Source: a virus (lineage: Duplodnaviria > Caudoviricetes). From it: a DNA stretch of 36,830 bases. Every line of letters starts with the position of its first letter. Positions within the stretch are counted from its first letter, which is position 1. The stretch lies in the IMG/VR virus record IMGVR_UViG_3300033407_000070, positions 1 through 36,830 of that record; one strand, written 5' to 3'. The notes below the pieces were generated by a model that saw only the letters and a program-made list of their open reading frames with translations, had not been told where the DNA came from and ran no database searches. Positions 26,424 through 34,065 of the stretch are shown piece by piece. A program made the position numbers and the translations under genes.

Positions 26424-26463
26424 GGTTTAACTCCTTCTTACGGGATGGGCTGTCTCTCGACAG
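26424..26463 (-). promoter_or_regulatory. Repeated leader element, copy 3 (capsid gene)
   Basis: CTGTC-GAGA-GACAG CCCATCCCGTA AGAAGGAG TTAAACC ATG. Confidence 0.65.
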
Positions 26464-26468
26464 TTAAG

Positions 26469-27326
26469 TTATTGCGCCCGCATCCGCCGGAGACTGGCCG
26501 CCAGCACGTTACGGACCCCGCCTTGCTGGCTGGTGTCCTTGAGGCTGTCGTCGTCCGGTGCCGGTCTGGAACCGGACCCCAACGAGCGGGCTTGCTGTTT
26601 GGCTTTAAAGTTCTTGATGACCGTTTCTTCGGTTTCCTTCTTTGCCTTCTCCACGGCTTCTTTAATGGCGGCTTCCTTGGCCGTCTCGAAGTCCTGGGCG
26701 GCGGTTTCCAGATCCCGGATTTTTACCGCCATCGCGGCGGATACATCGTCGTGCAGAGGGTTGGCTTGGCGGAGACGCTGCACGTCGTCATACTTGGTTT
26801 GGAGAACGTCGTTGATATATGGGTGATCGGTTAAGAACTGCTCCTGCGACTTCTGCAATTGGCCCTGCTGGTTGATTTCAGCGAGCAACCGTTGCCGGTC
26901 GGTTTCGCCCTGTTCGGCCAGGATCTTGCGCTGCTCCTTGGCGAAAGCGGCCAGGTCGAGATCTCCGGCTTCCAGCTTCTCTTCGAGGGCGGATAAGTCC
27001 TTCTCAAAGTCGCGGCCCTTGGGTGCGGTGATGCCATCGACCCTGGCGGCCAGGTCCTGGAGCTGTTTCTTCAGCGTGTCGTTCTCGCCCTTGAGGGAGT
27101 TCTTCGCCTCGATCAGTTCCTTGAAACGCGGATGCTGGTCGAACCGGTCTTCTACCTTCGGCTCTTCCTTAACTTCCGGTTCCCCTTCAACTACGGTCTC
27201 CGTTTCGGATTGGGTGTCTTCTGCCGCTTCGGTGTTTTGCGTCTCCGCAGACGGGTCGGCAATACCCAATTCCTCTGGTCCCATGGGCGACGAATCCATG
27301 AAGTTAGCGTCGCTTTCGATATCCAT
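26469..27326 (-). CDS. Capsid scaffolding protein
   Basis: Acidic N-terminus, HPRFKEL motif, coiled coil; directly before the capsid gene. Confidence 0.8.
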   Translation of the reverse strand: MDIESDANFMDSSPMGPEELGIADPSAETQNTEAAEDTQSETETVVEGEPEVKEEPKVEDRFDQHPRFKELIEAKNSLKGENDTLKKQLQDLAARVDGITAPKGRDFEKDLSALEEKLEAGDLDLAAFAKEQRKILAEQGETDRQRLLAEINQQGQLQKSQEQFLTDHPYINDVLQTKYDDVQRLRQANPLHDDVSAAMAVKIRDLETAAQDFETAKEAAIKEAVEKAKKETEETVIKNFKAKQQARSLGSGSRPAPDDDSLKDTSQQGGVRNVLAASLRRMRAQ

Positions 27327-27340
27327 TGCTACTCCTTGAA

Positions 27341-27380
27341 ATAGAAAAAGCCCTGACAGAGCGTAATGCTCTATCAGGGC
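27341..27380 (-). terminator. Intrinsic terminator between the tRNA cassette and the scaffold gene
   Basis: GCCCTGATAGAGC-ATTAC-GCTCTGTCAGGGC followed by TTTTTCTATTT. Confidence 0.85.
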
Positions 27381-27428
27381 CGATAACGGAGTCGGTGCGA
27401 GTCCGTTGGGAACCTACTATTTAATTGT

Positions 27429-27504
27429 TGGAGCCACCGGCAGGACTCGAACCTGCGTCAATCTCCTTACAGGGGAGCTTCCCAGCCAACTGGGCGACGG
27501 TGGC
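27429..27504 (-). tRNA. tRNA-Thr(UGU), atypical
   Basis: Acceptor GCCACCG/CGGTGGC, T73, encoded CCA; T arm GCAGG-TTCGAGT-CCTGC; anticodon loop CCTGTAA; 76 nt. Confidence 0.8.
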
Positions 27505-27516
27505 AAGACTATCTAT

Positions 27517-27603
27517 TGGTGGGTCGTGAAGGAATTGAACCTCCAAGCTCAAAAGCTCCTACCGGGTTACAGCCGGGGGCACTGCCGATTATGCGAACGA
27601 CCC
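27517..27603 (-). tRNA. tRNA-Tyr(GUA)
   Basis: Acceptor GGGTCGT/ACGACCC, A73, CCA; loop CTGTAAC; long variable arm AGCT-TTTG-AGCT; T arm GGAGG-TTCAATT-CCTTC; 87 nt. Confidence 0.9.
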
Positions 27604-27607
27604 AAAT

Positions 27608-28058
27608 TTGCCGGATTGCCGTCCCTTCGTCCCCTCCGGCTGCGGGGCCTCATGACCGTTGACGGCTACGTCGCCGTCTCTCCGGCTGTCACCTTTGTTA
27701 TCCGGACAGGTCCCGATTATCGGCTACTGCCCGCTACGCAGTTTGTAGCCCTAAAACTTCGCCGGGTTTAATAGCGTAGTGACCCCGGCAAACACCCTAC
27801 CGCTACTTGCGCGTTTTCACGGTATCGCGGCTGGTGCGCTTCTTCGAGAGGCGTTCGCGGCTCATCTCTTGCCACCTTTCGGTGGACTTCAAGCCCGATG
27901 CCCTGTCGCTCGTTTTTGCCAAGCTGGTAACGGCCAGACCTCAAAGGGCAGAGCGGGAACTTTCTTAATTGGTGCCGGGATACAACGCCTCCCGGCTCGG
28001 CACTAACGGTTCCCGGTTGTGGCGACCGGGAGAGATGAGGAAACCGTTCACTGTGGCG
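27608..28058 (-). ncRNA. Array of unclassified structured ncRNA modules upstream of the tRNAs
   Basis: No credible CDS; many helices, a GAAA tetraloop and pseudoknot pairings, separated by AT-rich spacers; downstream of a near-consensus promoter. Confidence 0.6.
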
Positions 28059-28061
28059 TGT

Positions 28062-28090
28062 ATTATACCCTCATTAATTCACGGTTGCAA
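28062..28090 (-). promoter_or_regulatory. Strong sigma70-like promoter for the ncRNA/tRNA cassette
   Basis: TTGCAA(28090-28085)-17-TATAAT(28067-28062). Confidence 0.85.
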
Positions 28091-28460
28091 GGGTTTTTCT
28101 GGCCCCGAGCAAAGCATACCCGGCAATATCCCGCCACGGTGATTCGCCAAAAGCGTCCTTGTCGGTGGCGATCCGAAACAGCTTGTCGATCACCCGCACC
28201 ACTGCCAGGGCGTCCTGATATTGGTCCGGTTGAATACCGTTCGGGTAGAGGATCTTCATCACCTCGCCGGACTTGCCATAACTGTTGCCGTAGGCGGCTT
28301 GTTTCTCGTCGGTGAGGCGGCCGATATCAATAGCGAGTTCTTCGCAGTCGGTGCTTCGTGGTTGCTCCAATGGGTCGTAAAACCTGCCTTCGCAAACAGG
28401 ACAGCCTTTCCTAGAAATTCTGACATACTTTTTCCTGCACGAACTGCAAACAACGTCCAT
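28074..28460 (-). CDS. Zn ribbon + all-alpha nucleotide-modification-associated (DUF1599/MazG-like) protein
   Basis: CxxC..CxxC, then EKQAAYGNSY...DKLFRI...ESPWRDIAGYALL. Confidence 0.6.
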   Translation of the reverse strand: MDVVCSSCRKKYVRISRKGCPVCEGRFYDPLEQPRSTDCEELAIDIGRLTDEKQAAYGNSYGKSGEVMKILYPNGIQPDQYQDALAVVRVIDKLFRIATDKDAFGESPWRDIAGYALLGARKTLATVN

Positions 28461-28470
28461 CTTCCCTCCT

Positions 28471-28695
28471 TCACCAATAGTAAATATGGGGCCTGCGGTT
28501 GCCGGTCGGCCAAGCCATTCCTTCCGGGTCGGCCCCGCGCAAGACCTTTCTGGCCAGCCTCCGGTTCTTGGCCCTTTTAGGCTGGTTCATCATCTCCCGC
28601 ACCCATGAGCCCGGCGTGGTCATCTGCTCGTGCCAAGGCCGGTTGTTCTCCGCTCGCGGGTTGTGTCTTCTGCCGTGGTGGTGGGTATGCGCCAT
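28471..28695 (-). CDS. Basic His/Arg-rich hypothetical protein
   Basis: TAATG coupling to the upstream stop; 74 aa. Confidence 0.6.
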   Translation of the reverse strand: MAHTHHHGRRHNPRAENNRPWHEQMTTPGSWVREMMNQPKRAKNRRLARKVLRGADPEGMAWPTGNRRPHIYYW

Positions 28696-28931
28696 TAAAT
28701 CACCGGCCTGTCATGCCACTTGACATAAGCCAGCGGCGTTAGCAACTGACACTCACACTTTGCCTTGCGCCGTCCCTCCTCAAGCACCAGCGCATTAACC
28801 TTGCCACAGCGGCAGCGCCAGAAACTCACTACCGACTGGCAGGCGTGTTCCGCTTCGTCGGGGTAGAGGTCTTCGCGGCGCTTGGCTTCGGCGTCTTCGG
28901 CTTGGCGTTGCTGGATGAGGCGGTTAAGCAT
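28695..28931 (-). CDS. Hypothetical Cys-containing protein
   Basis: Start MLNRL with GAGG SD; CRCG...CEC. Confidence 0.55.
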   Translation of the reverse strand: MLNRLIQQRQAEDAEAKRREDLYPDEAEHACQSVVSFWRCRCGKVNALVLEEGRRKAKCECQLLTPLAYVKWHDRPVI

Positions 28932-28998
28932 GGCGACCTCACATATCTTGCGGGTTAAACTCCGGTCCCTGCGCTTCGTCGGCAGGACATTCCTGTCT

Positions 28999-29223
28999 TT
29001 ACGAGGAACACCCATCACAAGAGCCGCAAGGGTATGCCTCAAGTTGTTTGTATTCAGGGCGCGGTTTATCCGCTACCTCGTAGCACCACAAAACAAAATT
29101 CTGTATTTCTACGTTGTCGCCACTATCCCCGCAGACCCTACACGCCCCTGCTAAGGTATCTAAAAACTCATCGGTCAGTTTTGGACGTAAAGCGTGTTCC
29201 CTTTCAATACAGTCCCTTTTCAT
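28999..29223 (-). CDS. Hypothetical Cys-containing protein
   Basis: Start MKRDC with GGAGG SD and ATGA overlap. Confidence 0.55.
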   Translation of the reverse strand: MKRDCIEREHALRPKLTDEFLDTLAGACRVCGDSGDNVEIQNFVLWCYEVADKPRPEYKQLEAYPCGSCDGCSS

Positions 29224-29615
29224 TTCACCTCCACCGTATTCTCTTTCCGTCGCTGCTCCATGATCCCGCCAACGATCTCCTTGCGCCGTTGCCGCTGGTC
29301 CTCGGCGGTAGGCTTCTTGGACTTCTCGCCCGGCTCCATGGGTCGCAGCCCTTCCCCCTTCATCCACTTCTGATAGTTGGAGCGGGTCGGGTCTTTGAGG
29401 AATTGCTGACAGTGCGGCCCGCCTTGCGGATCGACCACCTTGCGCGTATCGGACAGCCACCCGGCTTCGTCACCTTTGATGAGGCCGATACAGGGTTTCT
29501 GGGTACATTCGCCAAAGCACTCCGGGCACTCCACGGTCTTTGGCTTGTCGGCCATCTTGTAGAAGGCTTCGTGGTCGGTGTTGCAGAATTCACAGTGATA
29601 TTCGTACAGCGGCAT
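29220..29615 (-). CDS. FmdB-family zinc ribbon protein
   Basis: MPLYEYHCEFC...VECPEC; AGGAG SD; this family is common after portal genes. Confidence 0.8.
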   Translation of the reverse strand: MPLYEYHCEFCNTDHEAFYKMADKPKTVECPECFGECTQKPCIGLIKGDEAGWLSDTRKVVDPQGGPHCQQFLKDPTRSNYQKWMKGEGLRPMEPGEKSKKPTAEDQRQRRKEIVGGIMEQRRKENTVEVK

Positions 29616-30033
29616 GACTACTCCTGTTCCACGATAGCCAAGCCTCATCGGCCCTTGGCTCTACCAGATACCAATAATGGACAGCGCCACTTTCGAGCAC
29701 GTTCTCCCCTTGCCACTTTTTCGTCGGGCTTGGGTTGCCCAGCGCATCCTCGATAACCTCCAGGCTTTGCTGAATAGAGAAAAACGTTTCCCGCAGAGTC
29801 GTAAACAGCGGCGGCCAATCGCGGGCCGGACTACACGACTCTGCCGCTGGACACGGCATCTCCTGAGTCATTACCGGTTCGAGCTTGACCAGTACCCGCG
29901 AAGCCAACTCATCGGTTCTTACCGCCAACGCGAGGGCGAATTTAATCACCTCTTCCGACATCGGTTCGCGTCTGGCGTTAGCTGTCTCTTTTTCGCTATA
30001 CTTCTCCACCGTCGTTCCTTTCTGCATTGTCAT
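29590..30033 (-). CDS. Hypothetical protein
   Basis: ATGA overlap with the portal stop; GAGG SD. Confidence 0.5.
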   Translation of the reverse strand: MTMQKGTTVEKYSEKETANARREPMSEEVIKFALALAVRTDELASRVLVKLEPVMTQEMPCPAAESCSPARDWPPLFTTLRETFFSIQQSLEVIEDALGNPSPTKKWQGENVLESGAVHYWYLVEPRADEAWLSWNRSSHAAVRISL

Positions 30034-32159
30034 ACCTCTAGATTATTAGACTTCATGCCCCGCTCGTTGTACCCCGGCTTGTTCTCCGAGGGCAGCGTGT
30101 CGTTCGGCGGCAATTTAAAGATCTCCGACACTTCGGTCAGATTCTGCTTCTTGCGCTCTAGATTGAGCTTTTCAATGTCGAACTCGATGCCCGACAACAT
30201 GACCCTCTGTCTGACCTGTTCGGTAAAGGACTTCTCTTTCTCCAGCATTGCCTGGGCCTGGATCTTCTGCGTCTCGGCCTGAGATTTGGCCAGTTCGCCC
30301 TGTTGGAGCGGGTCGGTCTGTTCCTGTTGCGGCAGATTGAGTTGCGGCAGTTCGCCGGACTTGGCCGCTTTCTCGAACGCCTTGTCGTCCATCTGCGCGA
30401 TTTCGGTCAAGACTTGCAACATCTCCGGCGGGAAACCCAGTTGGCCGAAGCGTTGCATCAGCACCCCGGCGGTGCCTTCCCGTTTACGCTTGAGGATGCC
30501 CGCCCGACCGGGAAAGTCCAACTGTTGCAGCAGGGATTCGTCGTCGATCGCTCCGGCTTTAAAGAGCAGCATGGCTTCTTCGCGTTTGGCCATTTCCGCC
30601 TTGGGTAAAGTCGAACCGGACACCACGGTCAATTTAGCTGGGACGATCAGGTCCTGGCCGCGAATCGGAATCGTCTGGTTGACCCCTTCGTCTTCGTAGG
30701 AAATCCAGCGTTCTTCGGTGTAGTAGTTGGCAGCGAGGGAAACGAACATGCGGCCACGTTCGCGGATTAATCTCTGATAGTTGCGGATCTTGCCGCGCAT
30801 CATCGTCGCGGCGTGTTCCAGTAAAGCGGCAATCGCCTTGTAGGCCAAGTCGTTCCCGGCCTGCACCTGTTCCAGTTCAAACGTCCCGGCGACAAGAAAG
30901 AACAGGTCTTTCAGGTGGTCCATCGCCCCTTTGAGTTCCACCATCAGCCCGTTGTTGGAGAACTCCAGATAGCGGATGGCTTGGGCCGCCTGTGCCGAAT
31001 ACGGCTCAATAACCCCGGTGTCGTTGGTAAACTCCGCCTTGTCCACCCCGGAGTCTTGCGGATTGACGATCTTCGGCCTGACCGCTTTGTCCTTGAAATA
31101 GATGTACTGCGAAAGAGTCTTGTCGTAGGCCTTTTTGAGGGAGAGCAGTTGTTCCCAGTCACTGGCCCCCCAGATCGAGCAGGGGTCTTCCACGCTCGGC
31201 ACGATGGCGAAGGGGAATTTGTCAAACAGATAGGTCTGTTGCGCCAGTTCCAAGGGCAGGTTGGGATTGATCGACGGGTTCGGCGCGTCTTCCAAGACCA
31301 GTTGCCCGGCGTTGCAGACCGTTACCCGGCGAATCGCTCCGGGGTATTTGAGCGAGGAAAGCTCGGTATCGCCTTTGGTCTCTTTGACGGTTGAATAATC
31401 CTTGCACCAACACTCGATGACCAGCACCTGGTCGTTGGCTTCATCGGCCCCACCAAACACGGCTTGGACCAGATCGCCCACCATCGTGGCAAACTGTCCC
31501 GCGCCGCCAGCTTTCTGGGAAGACGCGGTATCGGGCCGGGTATCGCCCAACTCTTTTAAGACCTCAGAGTCGGCCTTGATGTTCTTACCCGGCCAGCGGC
31601 GTTTCGCCTGCCGGACGCTCATCACCTGAAAATGTAGATTGGCTTCGGCGTCCTGACTTTGTTTGCAATCCACCGGATAGACCCCGAAGTAAAAGGGATC
31701 GATGTTGTCGCAACGGACTTCACCAATACCGAGCTCTTTATCCGGATCGAACCAGACCTTTTCAATCGCACAGCCGTTCATCTCGCCGCGATTGACGGAA
31801 GACTCCAAGATGCTTTGCTGTTCCTGCTCGCGCCACCAGTATTCAGCGGTCCTTTGCACCTTGTCCAACTGGTCGTCGTCTTCGATCTCCCCGACTTTGG
31901 AGACGTTAAAAGTCGGCGCGTTGTCGGTCAGGGTGTTGACCGTACGCTGCCGGTGGGTATGCAGCAGGTTCGCGCTTTCCAACGGCACGCCGACGTTCTT
32001 GTTGCGCCAGGCGTCGTTCTTGGACTGCTTGTAATGCTCGTTCCACTTGAGCGGCAGGCCCTTCTTTTCCTTGTCCTTGATGACTTCCGTGGCAATGCGG
32101 AAGACCTCTTTGCCAACATCTTTATGGCCTTCGGCGGGGAGCAGTTCGTAGCTTTCCAT
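30030..32159 (-). CDS. Portal protein (P22-like)
   Basis: About 709 aa between terL and scaffold; KVWFD, IDPFYF, VIECW, FPFA motifs and C-terminal coiled coil; start at ATG 32159 with AGGAG SD. Confidence 0.88.
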   Translation of the reverse strand: MESYELLPAEGHKDVGKEVFRIATEVIKDKEKKGLPLKWNEHYKQSKNDAWRNKNVGVPLESANLLHTHRQRTVNTLTDNAPTFNVSKVGEIEDDDQLDKVQRTAEYWWREQEQQSILESSVNRGEMNGCAIEKVWFDPDKELGIGEVRCDNIDPFYFGVYPVDCKQSQDAEANLHFQVMSVRQAKRRWPGKNIKADSEVLKELGDTRPDTASSQKAGGAGQFATMVGDLVQAVFGGADEANDQVLVIECWCKDYSTVKETKGDTELSSLKYPGAIRRVTVCNAGQLVLEDAPNPSINPNLPLELAQQTYLFDKFPFAIVPSVEDPCSIWGASDWEQLLSLKKAYDKTLSQYIYFKDKAVRPKIVNPQDSGVDKAEFTNDTGVIEPYSAQAAQAIRYLEFSNNGLMVELKGAMDHLKDLFFLVAGTFELEQVQAGNDLAYKAIAALLEHAATMMRGKIRNYQRLIRERGRMFVSLAANYYTEERWISYEDEGVNQTIPIRGQDLIVPAKLTVVSGSTLPKAEMAKREEAMLLFKAGAIDDESLLQQLDFPGRAGILKRKREGTAGVLMQRFGQLGFPPEMLQVLTEIAQMDDKAFEKAAKSGELPQLNLPQQEQTDPLQQGELAKSQAETQKIQAQAMLEKEKSFTEQVRQRVMLSGIEFDIEKLNLERKKQNLTEVSEIFKLPPNDTLPSENKPGYNERGMKSNNLEV

Positions 32160-32176
32160 GGGTTCTCCTGCGCGTC

Positions 32177-32431
32177 TCACGACGGGCTAGTATTTCTCAA
32201 GGTGGTTTGTTTTTCGAGTTCGTCGGTGGCTATGCCTTCACAATAATTCCAACATGCGGCCAATCGTCTTGCTTCTTCAAAAGTAAATGGATGGTGGCAT
32301 TCATCGCCAGAATGATCGTAAGAATGCTCGTCGAAACCACACGCACTATCTTTATCGCAATAACTGCAACGGTAGACCTCTATCGGGTCGCAAGCACCAC
32401 TCTTTATTCTTTTGTTGATTTCGTTCTTCAT
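32177..32431 (-). CDS. Hypothetical protein
   Basis: Start MKNEI with GAGG SD; ARRLAACWNYCEGIAT motif common in small phage proteins. Confidence 0.6.
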   Translation of the reverse strand: MKNEINKRIKSGACDPIEVYRCSYCDKDSACGFDEHSYDHSGDECHHPFTFEEARRLAACWNYCEGIATDELEKQTTLRNTSPS

Positions 32432-32439
32432 TTGCCTCT

Positions 32440-32556
32440 TTAGTGAAATGTCTGTGCCGTTGACCCGCAGAGTTCCAGACGCAACGGCGGGTTCATCATC
32501 TCTTCCATCCGGTCCAGCTGTTTGATGCGCTGGCGTTGACGGTGGGTGGTGGTCAT
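32440..32556 (-). CDS. 38-aa hypothetical peptide (not in ORF track)
   Basis: MTTTHRQRQRIKQLDRMEEMMNPPLRLELCGSTAQTFH; ATGA-coupled. Confidence 0.35.
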   Translation of the reverse strand: MTTTHRQRQRIKQLDRMEEMMNPPLRLELCGSTAQTFH

Positions 32557-32651
32557 AACAAGATCTTCCCCGCCTGGTGAAACTGCCAGACGATTTCCAG
32601 ACAAACGGCCAGCGTCCATAAGCCACAGAAAGCCATTCCCAACCAGATCAT
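32553..32651 (-). CDS. 32-aa membrane peptide (not in ORF track)
   Basis: MIWLGMAFCGLWTLAVCLEIVWQFHQAGKILL; AAGGAG SD; ATGA-coupled. Confidence 0.45.
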   Translation of the reverse strand: MIWLGMAFCGLWTLAVCLEIVWQFHQAGKILL

Positions 32652-32803
32652 CCCGTCTCCTTTGAATCCGTCGTCCATTGGCACCGGCATTTCGGGCATC
32701 TCCGCACCTCGTCCACCGTGTCCCGGTTCTTAACGGCCAGTAGCGTGTCGCAGGGTTTCGGCTGTTGCAGCACGGCGACGTATTTCATCGGGCAGCGGGT
32801 CAT
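32648..32803 (-). CDS. Mu Com-like zinc ribbon, 51 aa (not in ORF track)
   Basis: MTRCP...PCDTLLA...EVRRCPKC resembles Com RCxxCxxLL...EIRCPRC; TAATG-coupled. Confidence 0.5.
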   Translation of the reverse strand: MTRCPMKYVAVLQQPKPCDTLLAVKNRDTVDEVRRCPKCRCQWTTDSKETG

Positions 32804-33102
32804 TAAAGGTCAACCCCAACGGTTTTAGCGACAATCTTCCGCATGTCGGACAAATGATTCTCTGTAGCTCTGAGCGACCCAGCACTGCCGCTTCCTTCCG
32901 TGGGCCGATACCCAGCCGCCCACAGATCGTCTACGAGAGCTTGAGCGGCGTTGTTGTCAATCATGGCACAAGGGCTGTGCGCGTACCCTTTTGACAGGGT
33001 GCTATAACTGAAGCCATCGACAACCTTATCCCCGACCGCCACATACAATTCAACCCCGCGACGAAACGGTGTCTTATGAACACGGATTTCAATTTTATCC
33101 AT
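32803..33102 (-). CDS. Conserved phage hypothetical protein
   Basis: AQALVDDLWAAGYRP...ATENHLSDMRKIV pattern. Confidence 0.7.
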   Translation of the reverse strand: MDKIEIRVHKTPFRRGVELYVAVGDKVVDGFSYSTLSKGYAHSPCAMIDNNAAQALVDDLWAAGYRPTEGSGSAGSLRATENHLSDMRKIVAKTVGVDL

Positions 33103-33121
33103 CGTCTCTCACCTAAAAATT

Positions 33122-33168
33122 CCCCCGGTTCTCACGATGAGACGGCTGGGAGGAGCAGCCACCGGGGG
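33122..33168 (-). other. Intergenic three-way-junction RNA with CUCCUCC loop
   Basis: CCCCCGGT/ACCGGGGG, GGCTG/CAGCC and TCTCA/TGAGA, all perfectly paired. Confidence 0.6.
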
Positions 33169-33175
33169 CATGGGG

Positions 33176-33433
33176 TTAACGCTGTGCCTGTTCACTTTGC
33201 AATTTGGCGTAAACTTCCAGCAATTCGTCTTTGTTGTAGGTTTTGAAGGCTGACTCGTCTGCCCTGTTTTCCCAATTGATCCATATCGTATAAGGGCCGC
33301 CAGCGCTGTGGGACAGGTAGTACCCTTTAAATTCTTTGGTCGTTACCAACGGGTAAACTACAATGAGACAGAAGATCGACACCACGATTGCCCAGCCAGT
33401 GACCTTCCAAATACTTATCATTGCTTCATCCAT
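33176..33433 (-). CDS. Membrane-anchored hypothetical protein
   Basis: N-terminal TM; TAATG coupling; lower GC. Confidence 0.65.
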   Translation of the reverse strand: MDEAMISIWKVTGWAIVVSIFCLIVVYPLVTTKEFKGYYLSHSAGGPYTIWINWENRADESAFKTYNKDELLEVYAKLQSEQAQR

Positions 33434-33810
33434 TATTTGTCCCTCCGTAGCACGGCCACGACCTTCTGCCGGGTGATACCTAACTGGTTGCCGATCTCGG
33501 TCGGCGTGAGTTGTTCCTTCGTCAGCCGGACAATCGTTTCCTCGATGGTTTCGGGGGTTTCAGGTTCCGTGTCGATTCCCGGCACAGTCAAATAGGTGCG
33601 GTCCTCCAGCCAGACGCGGTTTTCGTCGACACAGAAGCGTTTTCGGCAGAAGGGGCAGTAGAGATGCAGCCAGCCGACCGGTTCCGGCCAGGGGAACTCG
33701 AAGCCCGGCTCCGGCGGTTGCAGCATGTCCGAGTGGAGCGGCGCTTTCAGGGTCTTCGGGTCGGCAGCGGCGACGATAGCTTCACAGATTTCACAGCGGA
33801 TTCTTACCAC
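33433..33810 (-). CDS. Zn ribbon + C-terminal HTH protein
   Basis: CEIC...CPFC; LTPTEIGNQLGITRQKV HTH. Confidence 0.7.
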   Translation of the reverse strand: MVRIRCEICEAIVAAADPKTLKAPLHSDMLQPPEPGFEFPWPEPVGWLHLYCPFCRKRFCVDENRVWLEDRTYLTVPGIDTEPETPETIEETIVRLTKEQLTPTEIGNQLGITRQKVVAVLRRDK

Positions 33811-34065
33811 TTACACCTCCATCGTCGGAATACGGCTGCCCTGCGGTTCCTGCTGCCCCTTGTGCCATGGATCGTCATACGGTTCGGGCGGCTTCTTTCT
33901 CTTGACCATCCGCGCCAGTCGTTCTTTAACCTCGCGGCGCGGTAGCCGTTGCGGTCTGCCTGTTCGTTTCCCGGCCCAGAAGCCGAGACCGAAGCAGGAC
34001 AGGGAAAAAGCAATAGCCAGGCCGACGAGGCCGAAGAAGAGAAGGGCGCTAGGGGTGATGGTCAT
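33811..34065 (-). CDS. Membrane-anchored hypothetical protein
   Basis: N-terminal TM followed by a basic tail. Confidence 0.65.
   Translation of the reverse strand: MTITPSALLFFGLVGLAIAFSLSCFGLGFWAGKRTGRPQRLPRREVKERLARMVKRKKPPEPYDDPWHKGQQEPQGSRIPTMEV

Noticed and set aside
27429-27504. Reading the anticodon as GTA (second tRNA-Tyr)
   Set aside because: That register breaks the anticodon stem, there is no long variable arm, and G1-C72/C2-G71 fit Thr
27608-28058. tmRNA, hammerhead, pistol or HDV-like (theta) ribozyme, or a known riboswitch
   Set aside because: No tmRNA T arm or alanyl acceptor. ATGAG..CGAA lacks the CUGANGA/GAAA core. No HDV topology follows the tRNA 3' ends. cmscan is needed to exclude these fully.
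27406-28315. Plus-strand ORFs over the RNA cassette
   Set aside because: They overlap tRNAs and structured RNA and show no recognisable protein features
29700-29745. CCCAAGCCCG...GTGG...AGGG resembling a twister ribozyme
   Set aside because: The P1/P2 partners and the UAA cleavage loop are missing, and the segment lies inside an ORF
21971-32184. CGTCTCACGACG copies as a CRISPR array or REP elements
   Set aside because: Only four dispersed 12-14 bp copies, each tied to an RBS; no spacers or cas genes
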